In this document: positions 20,533 to 30,635 of the stretch, piece after piece | Position numbering within the stretch: position 1 is the stretch's first letter | How the letters are laid out: each line of letters begins with the position of its first letter | Origin: Methylorubrum extorquens | GTDB lineage: Bacteria > Pseudomonadota > Alphaproteobacteria > Rhizobiales > Beijerinckiaceae | DNA length: 32,000 bases | Direction of reading: 5' to 3' | Assembly (NCBI GenBank): GCA_900234795.1 | Contig: LT962688.1 | Span: 510,001-542,000 of the forward strand | The notes under the pieces: generated by a model | The model's database searches: none | What the model saw: only the letters and a program-made list of their open reading frames with translations | What the model was told of the DNA's origin: nothing | Program-made: the position numbers and the translations under genes

Positions 20533-20623
20533 GCCAAATGAGCAGTTCGCCGACCTACGTCAATGGCGCAGCAGTCAACAACCTTACATACCCGGCACAA
20601 TTTCTAAGTTCGACACTCTCGGC

Positions 20624-21850
20624 TCAAACGATGCGCCGGTCCAGCCGGATGATGCGGCACGGGTCGCCCGCCTTGGCGGGGCTCGCATGGGCTGAGCGGA
20701 TCAGCAGGGCCTCGCTGGTGCCGAGCACCGAGAGCATCGACGAATCCTGGCGCGACTCGGGATGGACGACCGGCAGCCGGTCCGGCGCCGTATCGAGGCG
20801 GGCGCGCAGATAGTCCTGGCGGGCGTCGTTCTCCGGCATGTCGCGGCCGAGAAGCGCTGGCTCGCTGCGATCCTCGCCCGCGCGCGGGTCGCCGAGAAGC
20901 GCGCGGATCGCCGGCACCACGAAGAGCAGGCCGCAGACGATCGAGGAGACGGGATTGCCCGGCAGGCCGATCACCGCCATGGGTCCGAGCCGCCCATGCA
21001 TTAGCGGCTTGCCGGGGCGGAGCGCCACCCGCCAGAAGCCGAGTTCCAGCCCTTCGGCCCCGAGCGCCGCCTGGACGAGGTCGTGATCGCCGACCGAGGC
21101 GCCGCCAAGTGTCACCAGGAGATCAGCCTCGGCCGCCCGCGCGCGGCCGACCGCCTCGCGCAGGGCGCCGAGATCGTCGGTGACGATGCCGAGATCAATG
21201 ACCTCCGCGCCGGCCTCCAGGCTCAGCGCGCCGAGGGCGAGGCCGTTCGAGGCGACGATCTGGTCCCACGCCGCCGGCTCGCCCGGCCGCACCAGCTCGT
21301 CACCGGTCGCGAGGACGGCGACCCGGGGCTTACGCCGCACCGGCAACACGGCGTGGCCGGCGCTGGCTGCGAGCGCGAGGCGGCGCGCGTCGAGCGTCTC
21401 GCCGGCCCGCACCAGCGTCTCGCCCTCGCGGAAATCGAGGCCGGCGCGGCGCAGGAAGCGACCCGCCGCCGCCGGCTCGCGGGCGGTGACGGTCTCGCCC
21501 TCGGCCTCAGCGTTCTCCTGGATCAGGATCGCATCGGCGCCTTCGGGCACCGGTGCGCCGGTGAAGATGCGCACCGCCTCGCCCGCGGCCAATGTTCCGG
21601 AAAATCCGTGACCGGCCGCGCTGGTGCCGATCAGGCGCAGGCGGGCCGGCACCGTGGCCACGTCGGCGGCGCGTACGGCGTAGCCGTCCATGGCGGAAGC
21701 CGGGAAGGGCGGCTGGGTTCGCCGGGCCGTGAGGTCGGCGGCCAGGGTACGGCCTGCGCCCTGCGCGATGGGGATTTCTTCCACCGCGACCGGGCCGGGG
21801 ATGGCGGCGAGGATCTTTGCAAGCGCTTCGGCGACCGGGAGCAAGCTCAT
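20624..21850 (-). CDS. moeA: Molybdopterin molybdotransferase MoeA
   Basis: [10 protein letters not shown] start at ATG 21850, which overlaps the moaC stop (ATGA). SAMDGYAV motif and MoeA domain collinearity. Confidence 0.92.
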   Translation of the reverse strand: MSLLPVAEALAKILAAIPGPVAVEEIPIAQGAGRTLAADLTARRTQPPFPASAMDGYAVRAADVATVPARLRLIGTSAAGHGFSGTLAAGEAVRIFTGAPVPEGADAILIQENAEAEGETVTAREPAAAGRFLRRAGLDFREGETLVRAGETLDARRLALAASAGHAVLPVRRKPRVAVLATGDELVRPGEPAAWDQIVASNGLALGALSLEAGAEVIDLGIVTDDLGALREAVGRARAAEADLLVTLGGASVGDHDLVQAALGAEGLELGFWRVALRPGKPLMHGRLGPMAVIGLPGNPVSSIVCGLLFVVPAIRALLGDPRAGEDRSEPALLGRDMPENDARQDYLRARLDTAPDRLPVVHPESRQDSSMLSVLGTSEALLIRSAHASPAKAGDPCRIIRLDRRIV

Positions 21851-22332
21851 GAGCCGGCGTTCCACGCGCCGGACTTGCCGCCCTCCTTCGACAGGAGTCG
21901 GATGCCCTCGATGCGCATGCCGCGGTCGGCGGCCTTCACCATGTCGTAGACCGTCAGGCAGGCCACCGAGACGGCGGTCAACGCCTCCATTTCGACGCCG
22001 GTCTGGCCCTGCACCTTCACCTCCGCAGTCAGACGCAGGCCCGGCAAGGAATCGTCGGGCTCACAGGTCAGCCGCACCTTAGTGATCAGCAGCGGGTGGC
22101 AGAGCGGGATCAGCTCGTGCGTGCGCTTGGCAGCCATGATGCCGGCGAGCCGGGCGGTGCCGATGACGTCGCCCTTCTTGGCGTCGCCCTCGCGGATCAG
22201 AGCCAGGGTCTCGGGCTGCATCACCACCACGCCCTCGGCCACGGCGGTGCGCGACGTCGCGGCCTTGTCCGAGACATCGACCATGTTGGCCGCGCCGGTC
22301 CGGTCGATATGGGTGAGGGTGGCGCCGCTCAC
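21847..22332 (-). CDS. moaC: Cyclic pyranopterin monophosphate synthase MoaC
   Basis: 161 aa: [35 protein letters not shown]. The GTG start overlaps the trpC stop (GTGA). Confidence 0.93.
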   Translation of the reverse strand: MSGATLTHIDRTGAANMVDVSDKAATSRTAVAEGVVVMQPETLALIREGDAKKGDVIGTARLAGIMAAKRTHELIPLCHPLLITKVRLTCEPDDSLPGLRLTAEVKVQGQTGVEMEALTAVSVACLTVYDMVKAADRGMRIEGIRLLSKEGGKSGAWNAGS

Positions 22333-23186
22333 CGGCCCTGCTCCCCGAACAGCAGGGACCGCGTCGCCGCGGTCACGTCGTCCTGCCGCATCAGGCTCTC
22401 GCCGACGAGGACGGTGTTGAGCCCGTGCTGCTTCAGCCGCAGCACGTCGGCATGTCCGCCGATGCCGCTCTCGGCCACCGCGATCCGGTCGGCGGGGATG
22501 CCGGGCTTCAACGTGATCGCGGTTTCGAACGAGACCTCGAAGGTCTTGAGGTTGCGGTTGTTGACACCGACCAGCCGCGTGCCGAGGGGCAGGGCCCGCT
22601 CCAGCTCCTGCGCGTCGTGGACCTCGACCAGCACGTCCATGCCGAGATCGTGGGCGGTCTCGGTGATGGCGGCGGCCTCCGCATCGTCGAGGCAGGCCAT
22701 GATGACGAGGATGCAGTCGGCGCCCCAGGCGCGGGCCTCGTAGACCTGATACGGCTCGAACATGAAGTCTTTTCGCAGGACCGGCAAATCGCAGGCCGCG
22801 CGCGCCTCGATCAGGAAGTCCGGTGCGCCCTGGAAGGAAGGCGTGTCGGTCAGCACCGAAAGGCAGGTGGCGCCGCCCCGGGCGTAGGCCTTGGCCAGCG
22901 TCTTCGGGTCGAAATCGGCGCGGATCAGCCCCTTGGAGGGCGAGGCCTTCTTGATCTCGGCGATCAGGGCCGGACGGCCTTCTCCGATATGCCGGGCGAT
23001 GGCGTCGGCGAAGCCGCGGGGCGGGTCGGCCTTGGCGACCTGCTTTTCTAGCTTGGCCAGCGGCAGGCGCAGCTTCGCCTCGGCGATCTCGCGGCGCTTA
23101 TAGGCCTCGATCCGGGCCAGCACGCTCGCCCGCTCCGGGGTCGAGGTGGCAGGCCCGACGGTCATGTCGGCCACGATGTCGTCCAT
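22329..23186 (-). CDS. trpC: Indole-3-glycerol phosphate synthase
   Basis: [33 protein letters not shown] motifs. An AAGGA Shine-Dalgarno sequence lies 8 nt before ATG 23186. Confidence 0.93.
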   Translation of the reverse strand: MDDIVADMTVGPATSTPERASVLARIEAYKRREIAEAKLRLPLAKLEKQVAKADPPRGFADAIARHIGEGRPALIAEIKKASPSKGLIRADFDPKTLAKAYARGGATCLSVLTDTPSFQGAPDFLIEARAACDLPVLRKDFMFEPYQVYEARAWGADCILVIMACLDDAEAAAITETAHDLGMDVLVEVHDAQELERALPLGTRLVGVNNRNLKTFEVSFETAITLKPGIPADRIAVAESGIGGHADVLRLKQHGLNTVLVGESLMRQDDVTAATRSLLFGEQGR

Positions 23187-23219
23187 CGGTTATTCCTTAG
23201 AACCGCTCAAAGCCGTCTA

Positions 23220-24233
23220 TCACGCATTGGAAACGGCGACGAGGCGCGCGAGCGTGCCCCGCGCCGCGCCGGAATCGATCGCCTCTTGCGCCCGCGCGAC
23301 GCCCTCGGCGAGCGACCCGGCGGCGCCCGCCACGACGAGGCCGGCGCCTGCGTTCAACACGGCGATATCGCGGTACGCGTTGCGGGCGCCCTCCAGCACG
23401 GCGCCCAAAGCGGCGGCGTTGTGCTCGGGGTCGCCCCCGCGCAGGTCGTCCAGGGTCGCGAGCGGCAGGCCGACCTCGCGCGGATCGAGGGTGAAGTGCC
23501 GGAACGCGCCGTCCTCCAGCGCGACCACCGCGGTCGGGCCGGTGGTGGTGATCTCGTCGAGCCCGTCGGAGCCGTGCACGGTCCAGACACGGCGGCTGCC
23601 GAGCGTGGCCAGCACCCGCGTCAGCGGCTCGGCCCAGGCCGGGCGCGAGACGCCGAACACCTGCGCGGTGACACCGGCCGGGTTCGAGAGCGGCCCGAGC
23701 ATGTTGAAGATGGTGCGGAACGGCAGTTCGGTGCGCACCGGCGCGACATGGCGCATGGCGCCGTGATGCGTCTGCGCGAACATGAAACAGAGCCCCGCCT
23801 CCGAAAGGCAGCGCGCCAGGGCCTCGGGCGGGAGCCCGATCTTCACGCCGAGCGCGGCCAGCACGTCGGCGGCGCCGGAGCGCGAGGTCGCGGCGCGGTT
23901 GCCGTGCTTGGCCACGGGCACGCCGCAGGCGGCGGTGAGGATCGCGGCCAGCGTCGAGACGTTGTAGCTGCCCGAATGGTCGCCCCCGGTGCCGACGATG
24001 TCGATGGCGCCCTCGGGCGCTGCGACCCGCAGCATCCGCGCGCGCATCGCCGAGACCGCGCCGACGATCTCGTCCTCGCTCTCGCCACGCACCGAGAGGG
24101 CGGTGAGGAAGGCGCCGGCCTGGATCGGCGTGACCTCGCCCGAGAGCAGGTCATCGAAGGCGGCGCGGGCCTGCTCGCGGCTCAGCGGGGCGCCGGACGC
24201 GACGATCGCGAGATGAGTTTTGAAGGCGTCCAT
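23220..24233 (-). CDS. trpD: Anthranilate phosphoribosyltransferase
   Basis: [16 protein letters not shown] and LGPLSNP motifs. ATG 24233 (MDAFKTHL...) fits family N-termini better than the GTG at 24263. The start is uncertain. Confidence 0.9.
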   Translation of the reverse strand: MDAFKTHLAIVASGAPLSREQARAAFDDLLSGEVTPIQAGAFLTALSVRGESEDEIVGAVSAMRARMLRVAAPEGAIDIVGTGGDHSGSYNVSTLAAILTAACGVPVAKHGNRAATSRSGAADVLAALGVKIGLPPEALARCLSEAGLCFMFAQTHHGAMRHVAPVRTELPFRTIFNMLGPLSNPAGVTAQVFGVSRPAWAEPLTRVLATLGSRRVWTVHGSDGLDEITTTGPTAVVALEDGAFRHFTLDPREVGLPLATLDDLRGGDPEHNAAALGAVLEGARNAYRDIAVLNAGAGLVVAGAAGSLAEGVARAQEAIDSGAARGTLARLVAVSNA

Positions 24234-24321
24234 CGGGGTCGTGGCTCTGTTCGGGCCCTCCACCCATGGTCAGGAGGGGGAAGGGGTATGGAGCCGTCAA
24301 TGCACGCCGCGGCCGGGCTTG

Positions 24322-24924
24322 TCACGCGCGCGGCGCGGCGTCCTTCCGCCAAGCGGCGGCAATGTCGAGGAAGTTGCGCAGGATCTGCGTACCGTGGTTC
24401 GAGAGGATGCTCTCGGGGTGGAACTGCACGCCGTGCACCGGCAGTTCGCGGTGCTGCAAGCCCATGATGAGCCCGTCGGCCTCCGCCGTCACCGCGAGAT
24501 CCTGCGGGCAGCTCGCGCGGTCCACCACCAGCGAGTGGTAGCGCGTGGCGGAAAAACCCTCGTTGATGCCGCGGAACACACCCTTCGCCTCGTGCCGGAT
24601 GGTAGAGACCTTGCCATGCATGGGAGAGGGCGCACGCACCACGTCGCCGCCATAGGCCTGCCCGATGGTCTGGAGCCCGAGACACACCCCGAAGATCGGG
24701 ATCTCGGAGCCCAACTCCCGCACCACGTCGAGGCAGATGCCCGCCTCGTTCGGGGTACAGGGCCCCGGCGAGAGCACGAGCGCGTCCGGCGCCCGCGCGC
24801 GGATGCCCGCGACATCGATCTGATCGTTGCGCACCACGTCGATCCGTCCGCAGAGCGGACCGATCAGGTGGACGAGATTCCAAGTGAAGGAATCGTAGTT
24901 GTCGATGACGAGGACGTTGGACAT
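24322..24924 (-). CDS. trpG: Anthranilate synthase component II (glutamine amidotransferase)
   Basis: MSNVLVIDNYDSFTWNLV, the GVCLGLQ catalytic Cys, and HGVQFHPES. Confidence 0.92.
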   Translation of the reverse strand: MSNVLVIDNYDSFTWNLVHLIGPLCGRIDVVRNDQIDVAGIRARAPDALVLSPGPCTPNEAGICLDVVRELGSEIPIFGVCLGLQTIGQAYGGDVVRAPSPMHGKVSTIRHEAKGVFRGINEGFSATRYHSLVVDRASCPQDLAVTAEADGLIMGLQHRELPVHGVQFHPESILSNHGTQILRNFLDIAAAWRKDAAPRA

Positions 24925-25130
24925 GGCCGCCGGCTTTGCGGAGTTTCCCCGTCGATGTGACGGTTGATCGGGCCGGGGTCAACGGGTGCCCGGGGCGCAC
25001 CACATCCCCGACACACGCTCGGTGGAACCGACGCGGCTGTGGGCATGACCGTGGCCGCAGCCGGTCGTTGCCCCAGGGCGGGGCAAGAGCCCCAGCTCAA
25101 CCGGAAATTGAAAAACCGCGGACGTGAAAC

Positions 25131-25199
25131 CGCCTATTAAAACCCTCGTCTTATCATTTGTTTGAATGACAAATTACTTCAAGCTGTGCTCGGAAACCG
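25131..25199 (+). promoter_or_regulatory. AT-rich island (about 37% G+C by hand count over 25131-25190) upstream of the second MCP gene, with a small inverted repeat
   Basis: Sequence: cgcctattaaaaccctcgtcttatcatttgtttgaatgacaaattacttcaagctgtgct. ATTTGT (25156-25161) and ACAAAT (25169-25174) are separated by 7 nt. The promoter elements themselves are not identified. Confidence 0.4.
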
Positions 25200-26894
25200 A
25201 TGATGCGCAAACTCAATGATCTCAAGTTGCCCCTGAAGCTTGTGATCCCGATCGGCCTCCTGATCTGTCTGAGCGTCGGCCTCGTGCTCACGGCCAAATC
25301 CGGCATCGAGGGGACGCTGGAACGGGTGGCACACCTGACGGACTACACCGTTCGCCGCCGCATCGCGGTCAGCAACTTCGATCGCGCGGTCAAGGAAGCG
25401 ACGATTCACGAGAAGAACATCATCATCGAGACCGACCTCGCCGAGATGAAGACGTCGAAGGCGCTGTTCGACGCGAGCCGCGCGGAGATCTTCCGACAGA
25501 TCGACAACATCCTCGCGGCGGCCGAGACGAGCGAGCTGCACAAGCGCTATGCGGAGACCCGCAGCGTGGTGAACACCTATCTCAGCGTGGTCGACAAGAG
25601 CGTCGAGCGTGCCCTGCAGGGCGATCAGAAGGGGGCGATTGCCATCTCCATCAGCGAGGGGCGGGCCGCACGCCGACGCCTCGAGGAGCGCCTCGCGTCC
25701 CACCTGAGCGTCAATGCGGCCAGCACCGAGACGACGATCCGGTCGGTGAAGGAGGAAGGGCGCGCGACCATGATGCGCCTCATCGTCGTCGCCGTCGTCG
25801 GTGTCGGAGTGCTGGCGTCGCTGGCGGGCCTGATCACCGTCTTTGGGATCGCGCGTCCGATCCGCCGGGCGGTTCAGGCGACCGAGCGGCTCGCGGCCGG
25901 CGACCTCGCCACGCCGGTGGACGACGTGGCGCGGCGCGACGAAGTCGGTGCCCTCAACCGGGCGCTTGCGGTGTTCAAGGATAGCGCTCTGGCCCGACAG
26001 CGGCTCGAGGCCGAACAGACCCGTGAGACCAGGGCCAAGATGGTGCGCGCCGAGCGGCTCGACGCAGTCACGCGCGCCTTCGAGACCGACGCCACCCGGA
26101 TGACCAGCGGCCTCAACACGGCCGCCGCCGACATGGAAATGACCGCCCGCTCGATGAGCGGGATCGCCGACCAGACGACCACGCAGGCGATGGCGGCGTC
26201 CTCGACCGCGACGCAGACCGCGGCCAACGTCCAGACCGTCGCCGCCTCCACGGAGGAATTGTCGGCCTCGATTGCGGAGATCACCGCCCAGGTCGCCCAG
26301 TCCATCAGCCTGATCGAGGCAGCGGTCGATCGCGTCGCGGAGACCGACGCGACGATCCACGCCCTGAGCGAGACGGCCGAGCGCGTCGGCGCGGTCGTGG
26401 CCATGATCTCGGGGATTGCGGGTCAGACGAACCTGCTGGCGCTCAACGCCACGATCGAGGCGGCCCGCGCCGGAGAGGCCGGCCGCGGCTTCGCGGTCGT
26501 CGCTACGGAGGTGAAGGAGCTTGCCGCGCGAACCGGCGAGGCGACGGAGGAGGTCTCTGCCCAGATCGGCGCGATTCAAAACGCGACGAAGGCGGCTGTC
26601 GCCGCGATCCGCGCCATCGGCGGGCAGATCGCCGGCCTGGAGCAGGTCTCTTCCAGCATTGCCGCGGCCATGGAGGAGCAGGAGGCCGCGACCCGCGAGA
26701 TCGCCCGAAACATTCAGGAGGCGGCGCGCGGCACCGAACACGTCACCGGCAGCGTTGCCGGCATGCGGCAGGGCGCGGGCGAGACCGGGTCGGCGGCGAC
26801 GCAGGTTCTCGACGCAGCCCGCCAGGTCGCCCGCGACTCCGAAGGGCTCGGCCGCACGGTCGCGAGCTTTCTCGCGGACGTGAAGGCGGCCTGA
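25200..26894 (+). CDS. Methyl-accepting chemotaxis protein (4HB-type sensor, HAMP, MCP signalling domain)
   Basis: 564 aa. TM1 [19 protein letters not shown] and TM2 [24 protein letters not shown]. Contains [35 protein letters not shown]. The C-terminus ...FLADVKAA parallels the first MCP (...FLAAIRAA). Confidence 0.93.
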   Translation: MMRKLNDLKLPLKLVIPIGLLICLSVGLVLTAKSGIEGTLERVAHLTDYTVRRRIAVSNFDRAVKEATIHEKNIIIETDLAEMKTSKALFDASRAEIFRQIDNILAAAETSELHKRYAETRSVVNTYLSVVDKSVERALQGDQKGAIAISISEGRAARRRLEERLASHLSVNAASTETTIRSVKEEGRATMMRLIVVAVVGVGVLASLAGLITVFGIARPIRRAVQATERLAAGDLATPVDDVARRDEVGALNRALAVFKDSALARQRLEAEQTRETRAKMVRAERLDAVTRAFETDATRMTSGLNTAAADMEMTARSMSGIADQTTTQAMAASSTATQTAANVQTVAASTEELSASIAEITAQVAQSISLIEAAVDRVAETDATIHALSETAERVGAVVAMISGIAGQTNLLALNATIEAARAGEAGRGFAVVATEVKELAARTGEATEEVSAQIGAIQNATKAAVAAIRAIGGQIAGLEQVSSSIAAAMEEQEAATREIARNIQEAARGTEHVTGSVAGMRQGAGETGSAATQVLDAARQVARDSEGLGRTVASFLADVKAA

Positions 26895-26909
26895 GGCTGC
26901 CGAGGCGCG

Positions 26910-26931
26910 GCCCCCGCCTCAGCGCGGGGGC
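26910..26931. terminator. GC-rich stem-loop between convergent MCP and trpE
   Basis: GCCCCCGC (26910-26917) pairs with GCGGGGGC (26924-26931), with a 6-nt loop. Confidence 0.5.
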
Positions 26932-26955
26932 TCACGCCCGGTTTCGCCGAAGCGC

Positions 26956-28476
26956 CTACTGCCCGCGCTTGGCCCGGCTCGCGAACTGCACCGCATCCTC
27001 TGCTGCGCGGAACAACGCCTTGGCCTTGTTCACGCATTCCTGCTGCTCGGAGTGCGGATCGGAATCGTAGACGATGCCCGCACCCGCCTGCACATGCATG
27101 CGGCCGTCCTTCACGATGGCCGTACGCAGGACGATGCAGGTGTCCATCTCGCCGCGCGCACCGAAATAGCCGATGCAGCCGCCATAGGGCCCTCGCTTCT
27201 CGCGCTCCAGCTCGTCGATGATCTCCATCGCCCGCACCTTCGGCGCTCCGGAGACGGTGCCGGCGGGAAAGCCGGCGGCCAGCGCCGAGAGCGCGTCGTG
27301 GCTCGGGTCGAGGTCGCCCTCGACGTTCGAGACGATGTGCATGACCTGGGAATAGTATTCGAGGAAGAACGAGTCGGTGACGGTGACGCTGCCGATCTTC
27401 GAGACGCGGCCGACATCGTTGCGACCGAGATCCAGCAGCATCAGGTGCTCGGAGCGCTCCTTCGGGTCGGCCAGGAGTTCGTCGGCGAGCGCCCGGTCCT
27501 CGGCCGGTGTGGCGCCGCGGCGGCGGGTGCCGGCGATCGGGCGGATCGTCACCTTGCCCTCGCGCACCCGCACGAGGATCTCGGGGCTTGAGCAGACGAT
27601 CTGAAACGCCTCGAAATCGAGGTAGCACAGGAACGGCGCCGGGTTGGTGCGGCGCAAGGAGCGGTAGAGCGCAAGCGCCGGCAGGGTGAAGGGCGCCTCG
27701 AAGCGCTGCGACAGCACCACCTGGAAGATGTCGCCCGCGACGATGTACTCCTTGGCCTTGGCCACCATGCCGAGGAACGCGTCCGGCTCGGTGTTCGAGA
27801 CCGGGGAGGGCAGGGGAAGGCTCGAGACGTCGAGGCGCGCCTCGACCGGCAACGGGCCTTCGAGGGCCTCCGCCACCCGGTCGAGCCGGGCCTGCGCGGC
27901 TTCCAGCGCGGCGCGAGCGCTCACGCCATCCGCTGGGCGCACGGGGGTGACGACGGTGAGCGCGTCGGCCACCGCGTCGAACACCACCATCACCCGCGGG
28001 CGCATCAGGATCGCGTCGGGCACGCCGAGCGGATCGGGGTTCGGCTCCGGCAGCCGCTCCATGGCGCGGACCATGTCGTAGCCGAGATAGCCGAACAGGC
28101 CGGCGGCCATCGGCGGCAGCGCCGCGCTCTCGGCATCATCCCCGACCGCGCTTTCGGCGATGAGGGCGCGCAGCGAGGCGAGCGGCGCCCGCTCGTCGGC
28201 CACGAAGTCCGCGAGGCCTGCGTCGCGGGCGATCTCGGTGCGCCCGTCGCGGCAGCGCCAGATCAGGTCGGGGTCGAGCCCGATCATCGAGTAGCGCCCG
28301 CGCACCGCGCCGCCCTCGACCGATTCGAGCAGGAAGCCGGGGCCGGCATGGACCGCCTTCAGCTTGAGGAAGGCCGCAACCGGCGTCTCCAGATCGGCCA
28401 CCAGGGTGAGGCCGAGCAGGCTCGCCCGTCCGGTCTCATAGGCGCGCGCTACGGCCTCGTGCGCAGGCTCGGTCAT
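26956..28476 (-). CDS. trpE: Anthranilate synthase component I
   Basis: 506 aa with chorismate-binding motifs: LESVEGG, FLEYYSQVMHIVS, GAPKVRAMEII, GAGIVYDSDP. Confidence 0.94.
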   Translation of the reverse strand: MTEPAHEAVARAYETGRASLLGLTLVADLETPVAAFLKLKAVHAGPGFLLESVEGGAVRGRYSMIGLDPDLIWRCRDGRTEIARDAGLADFVADERAPLASLRALIAESAVGDDAESAALPPMAAGLFGYLGYDMVRAMERLPEPNPDPLGVPDAILMRPRVMVVFDAVADALTVVTPVRPADGVSARAALEAAQARLDRVAEALEGPLPVEARLDVSSLPLPSPVSNTEPDAFLGMVAKAKEYIVAGDIFQVVLSQRFEAPFTLPALALYRSLRRTNPAPFLCYLDFEAFQIVCSSPEILVRVREGKVTIRPIAGTRRRGATPAEDRALADELLADPKERSEHLMLLDLGRNDVGRVSKIGSVTVTDSFFLEYYSQVMHIVSNVEGDLDPSHDALSALAAGFPAGTVSGAPKVRAMEIIDELEREKRGPYGGCIGYFGARGEMDTCIVLRTAIVKDGRMHVQAGAGIVYDSDPHSEQQECVNKAKALFRAAEDAVQFASRAKRGQ

Positions 28477-28485
28477 AGGGGGACC

Positions 28486-30390
28486 TCAGTACTCGCCGCC
28501 GAACGCCCGCCGCAGGGCGGTCTGGTTCACATTGACGCCGGCGCTCTTCTGCACCTCGGCGATGAACTCGCCGAGCACGTCGTCGGCGAGCGCCGTGCGC
28601 AGCGAGGTCACGAGCTGCCCATCGCTCGGCGTGCCCGGCACGAAAGCCGGCATCGTGGCGGCCGTGACCTTGAACACCGCGCGTCCCTCGCCGGCGGGCG
28701 CCGAGGCCGCCTTGCCGACCGGGGTGGTGAAGATGCGCTCGACGATCTCGGTCGAGAGGTCGTCCTTGGCTTGGTTGCGGCCGATCTCGGTGATCGTCTT
28801 CAGCGGCACGCCCGCCTCCTGCGCCACGGTCTCGATGGCCTCGCCCTTGTCGAGGCGCTCGGTCAGCTCCTTCGACTTGGCGACGAGGCGCTTCTCGATC
28901 TCGGCTGCGGTCCAACCCTTCACCACCTCGTCGCGGACTTCAGCCAGGGGCTTCTCGTGCGAGGGGTCGATCTTGACGACATCGTACCAGATCGCGCCCC
29001 CGGCCTTGGTGCGCAGCACCTCGGTGTCGTTGCCGACATCGGCGCGGAAGGCGGCCGGCAGCGTCGTCTCCTTGTCCGGAATGCCGGCGACCGGCTGGCC
29101 GGACGGGTCGTTGCCCTGCGCATCCACCGCCGGAATGCTCAGCAGCGTCAGGCCCTGGTCCTTGGCGATCTCGGCGAGAGGCTTGGCGGAGGCGCGGGCG
29201 TCCTCGATGGCGTCCTGCACCTTGTCGAAGCCGCCGTCGCGCACGCGCTTCAGAGCGATCTCCTTGCGGATCTCGTCCTTGACCTCGTCGAACGGCTTGA
29301 CCGTGCCCGGCTCGATGGCCGTGACGCGCAGGAGCACGGTGCCGAAGCGGCCCTTCACCGGCTCGCTCACCTTGCCCTGTTCCAGCGCGAAGGCGGCGTT
29401 GCCCACCGCCGGATCGAACAGCTCGGCCTTCGTCATCGTGCCGAGATCGAGCTGCTTCGGGTCGAGGCCGCGGTCGGCGGCCACCGTCTCGAACGGCGTC
29501 TCGCCGCTCTCGATCTTGGCCCGCGCCTCCGCAGCAGCCGCCTCGTCGGGGAAGCTGATCTGCTGGATCGTGCGCCGCTCCGCCTTGCCGAACCGGCCGG
29601 GATTGGCGTCGTAGACCTTGCGCGCCTCGTCGTCGGACACCTCGTCGGGCTTGGCCAGCGCGGCGGGGTCGAGCACCAGCAGGTTGAGGCTGCGGTATTC
29701 GGGGGCGCGGAACGAGTCCTTGTTGTTCTCGTAGTAGGAGGTGAGCGCCTCGTCGGTCGGGGCGGGGATCTCGCCCGCGGCGGAGGGCGCCAGCGTCAGC
29801 ACGGCGGCGTCGCGGCGCTCGGTCGAGTAGCGGTGCACCGCCTCGCGGATCGCCTGGGGCACCGGCATGTCGGCGACGATCGCGTCGGCCAATTGCAGGC
29901 GGGCGATGACCGAGCGCTGCTCGCGCACGAACATCGCCTCGTTCAGGCCCGCCCGCTGAAGCGTCTGGAAGAACAGCGCCCGGTCGAAGCTACCATTGGC
30001 GTTCTTGAAGCTCGGCTCGTCCTGGATCGCCCGAAGCACCGTCGCGTCGGACACGGCAAGCCCGAGATCCGTGGTCTTCTGGTCGAGCGCCGCCTCGGTG
30101 ATGAGCTGCGCCAGCACCTGCCGTTCCAGGCCCATCGCCCGCGCCTGGTCCGGCGTCAGCGTCCGCTTGAGCTGCGCCTGATAACGCTGGAGCTGGTTCT
30201 GGTAGGCGGTGCGGACCTCCTCGGCCGAGATCGGCGTCTTGCCGACGGTGGCGACGGCCGTGCTCGACCCGCCGCGGAAGAACTCCTCCACACCGAAGAT
30301 CGCGACGCCCGCGATCAGGAAGGTGAAGATCACCGACAGCACGACCTTGCCGAGCCAATGCTGGCTGGCACTGCGAATGGACTGGAGCAT
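28486..30390 (-). CDS. ppiD: Periplasmic chaperone / peptidyl-prolyl isomerase PpiD-like (SurA N-terminal domain protein)
   Basis: MLQSIRSASQHWLGKVVLSVIFTFLIAGVAIFG N-terminal anchor at ATG 30390, long helical chaperone region, parvulin-like segment. The stop lies 9 nt before the trpE start. Confidence 0.85.
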   Translation of the reverse strand: MLQSIRSASQHWLGKVVLSVIFTFLIAGVAIFGVEEFFRGGSSTAVATVGKTPISAEEVRTAYQNQLQRYQAQLKRTLTPDQARAMGLERQVLAQLITEAALDQKTTDLGLAVSDATVLRAIQDEPSFKNANGSFDRALFFQTLQRAGLNEAMFVREQRSVIARLQLADAIVADMPVPQAIREAVHRYSTERRDAAVLTLAPSAAGEIPAPTDEALTSYYENNKDSFRAPEYRSLNLLVLDPAALAKPDEVSDDEARKVYDANPGRFGKAERRTIQQISFPDEAAAAEARAKIESGETPFETVAADRGLDPKQLDLGTMTKAELFDPAVGNAAFALEQGKVSEPVKGRFGTVLLRVTAIEPGTVKPFDEVKDEIRKEIALKRVRDGGFDKVQDAIEDARASAKPLAEIAKDQGLTLLSIPAVDAQGNDPSGQPVAGIPDKETTLPAAFRADVGNDTEVLRTKAGGAIWYDVVKIDPSHEKPLAEVRDEVVKGWTAAEIEKRLVAKSKELTERLDKGEAIETVAQEAGVPLKTITEIGRNQAKDDLSTEIVERIFTTPVGKAASAPAGEGRAVFKVTAATMPAFVPGTPSDGQLVTSLRTALADDVLGEFIAEVQKSAGVNVNQTALRRAFGGEY

Positions 30391-30635
30391 CGGACGCCCG
30401 GGCCTAAATCTCAAGGGTCCCTGCCCGCACGGGCGGGGAACAAATTCGAGCCCCGCGATAGACGATCGGGGCGGCGGCGCAAAGGGCATGTCGTCCGGGT
30501 GCCGGGAAGGGGGCGGGACAGGGGCGGGACGGGCGCCGGACGATCGCAAAGGTGGTTTGCGCGCCTAAGCTTGCTCTGCTAGGTCCGCCCGAGACGTTGT
30601 AAGTCCTCGAACGAGACACGGAGAACCGGGACGCC

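Noticed and set aside
19727-20623. Mobile-element signatures around the toxin-antitoxin cassette: direct repeats, inverted repeats, integrase or transposase, tRNA target.
   Set aside because: None were found by eye in the flanks (19860-19898 and 20533-20623). The cassette is reported only as a lower-GC insertion-like module.
25101-25199. A CtrA box (TTAA-N7-TTAA) or a sigma-54 promoter (TGGCAC-N5-TTGC) upstream of the second MCP, and similarly upstream of the first MCP (1-68).
   Set aside because: Only isolated TTAA half-sites are present (25137-25140 and 4-7), with no second half-site at N7. No GG/GC -24/-12 element was seen.
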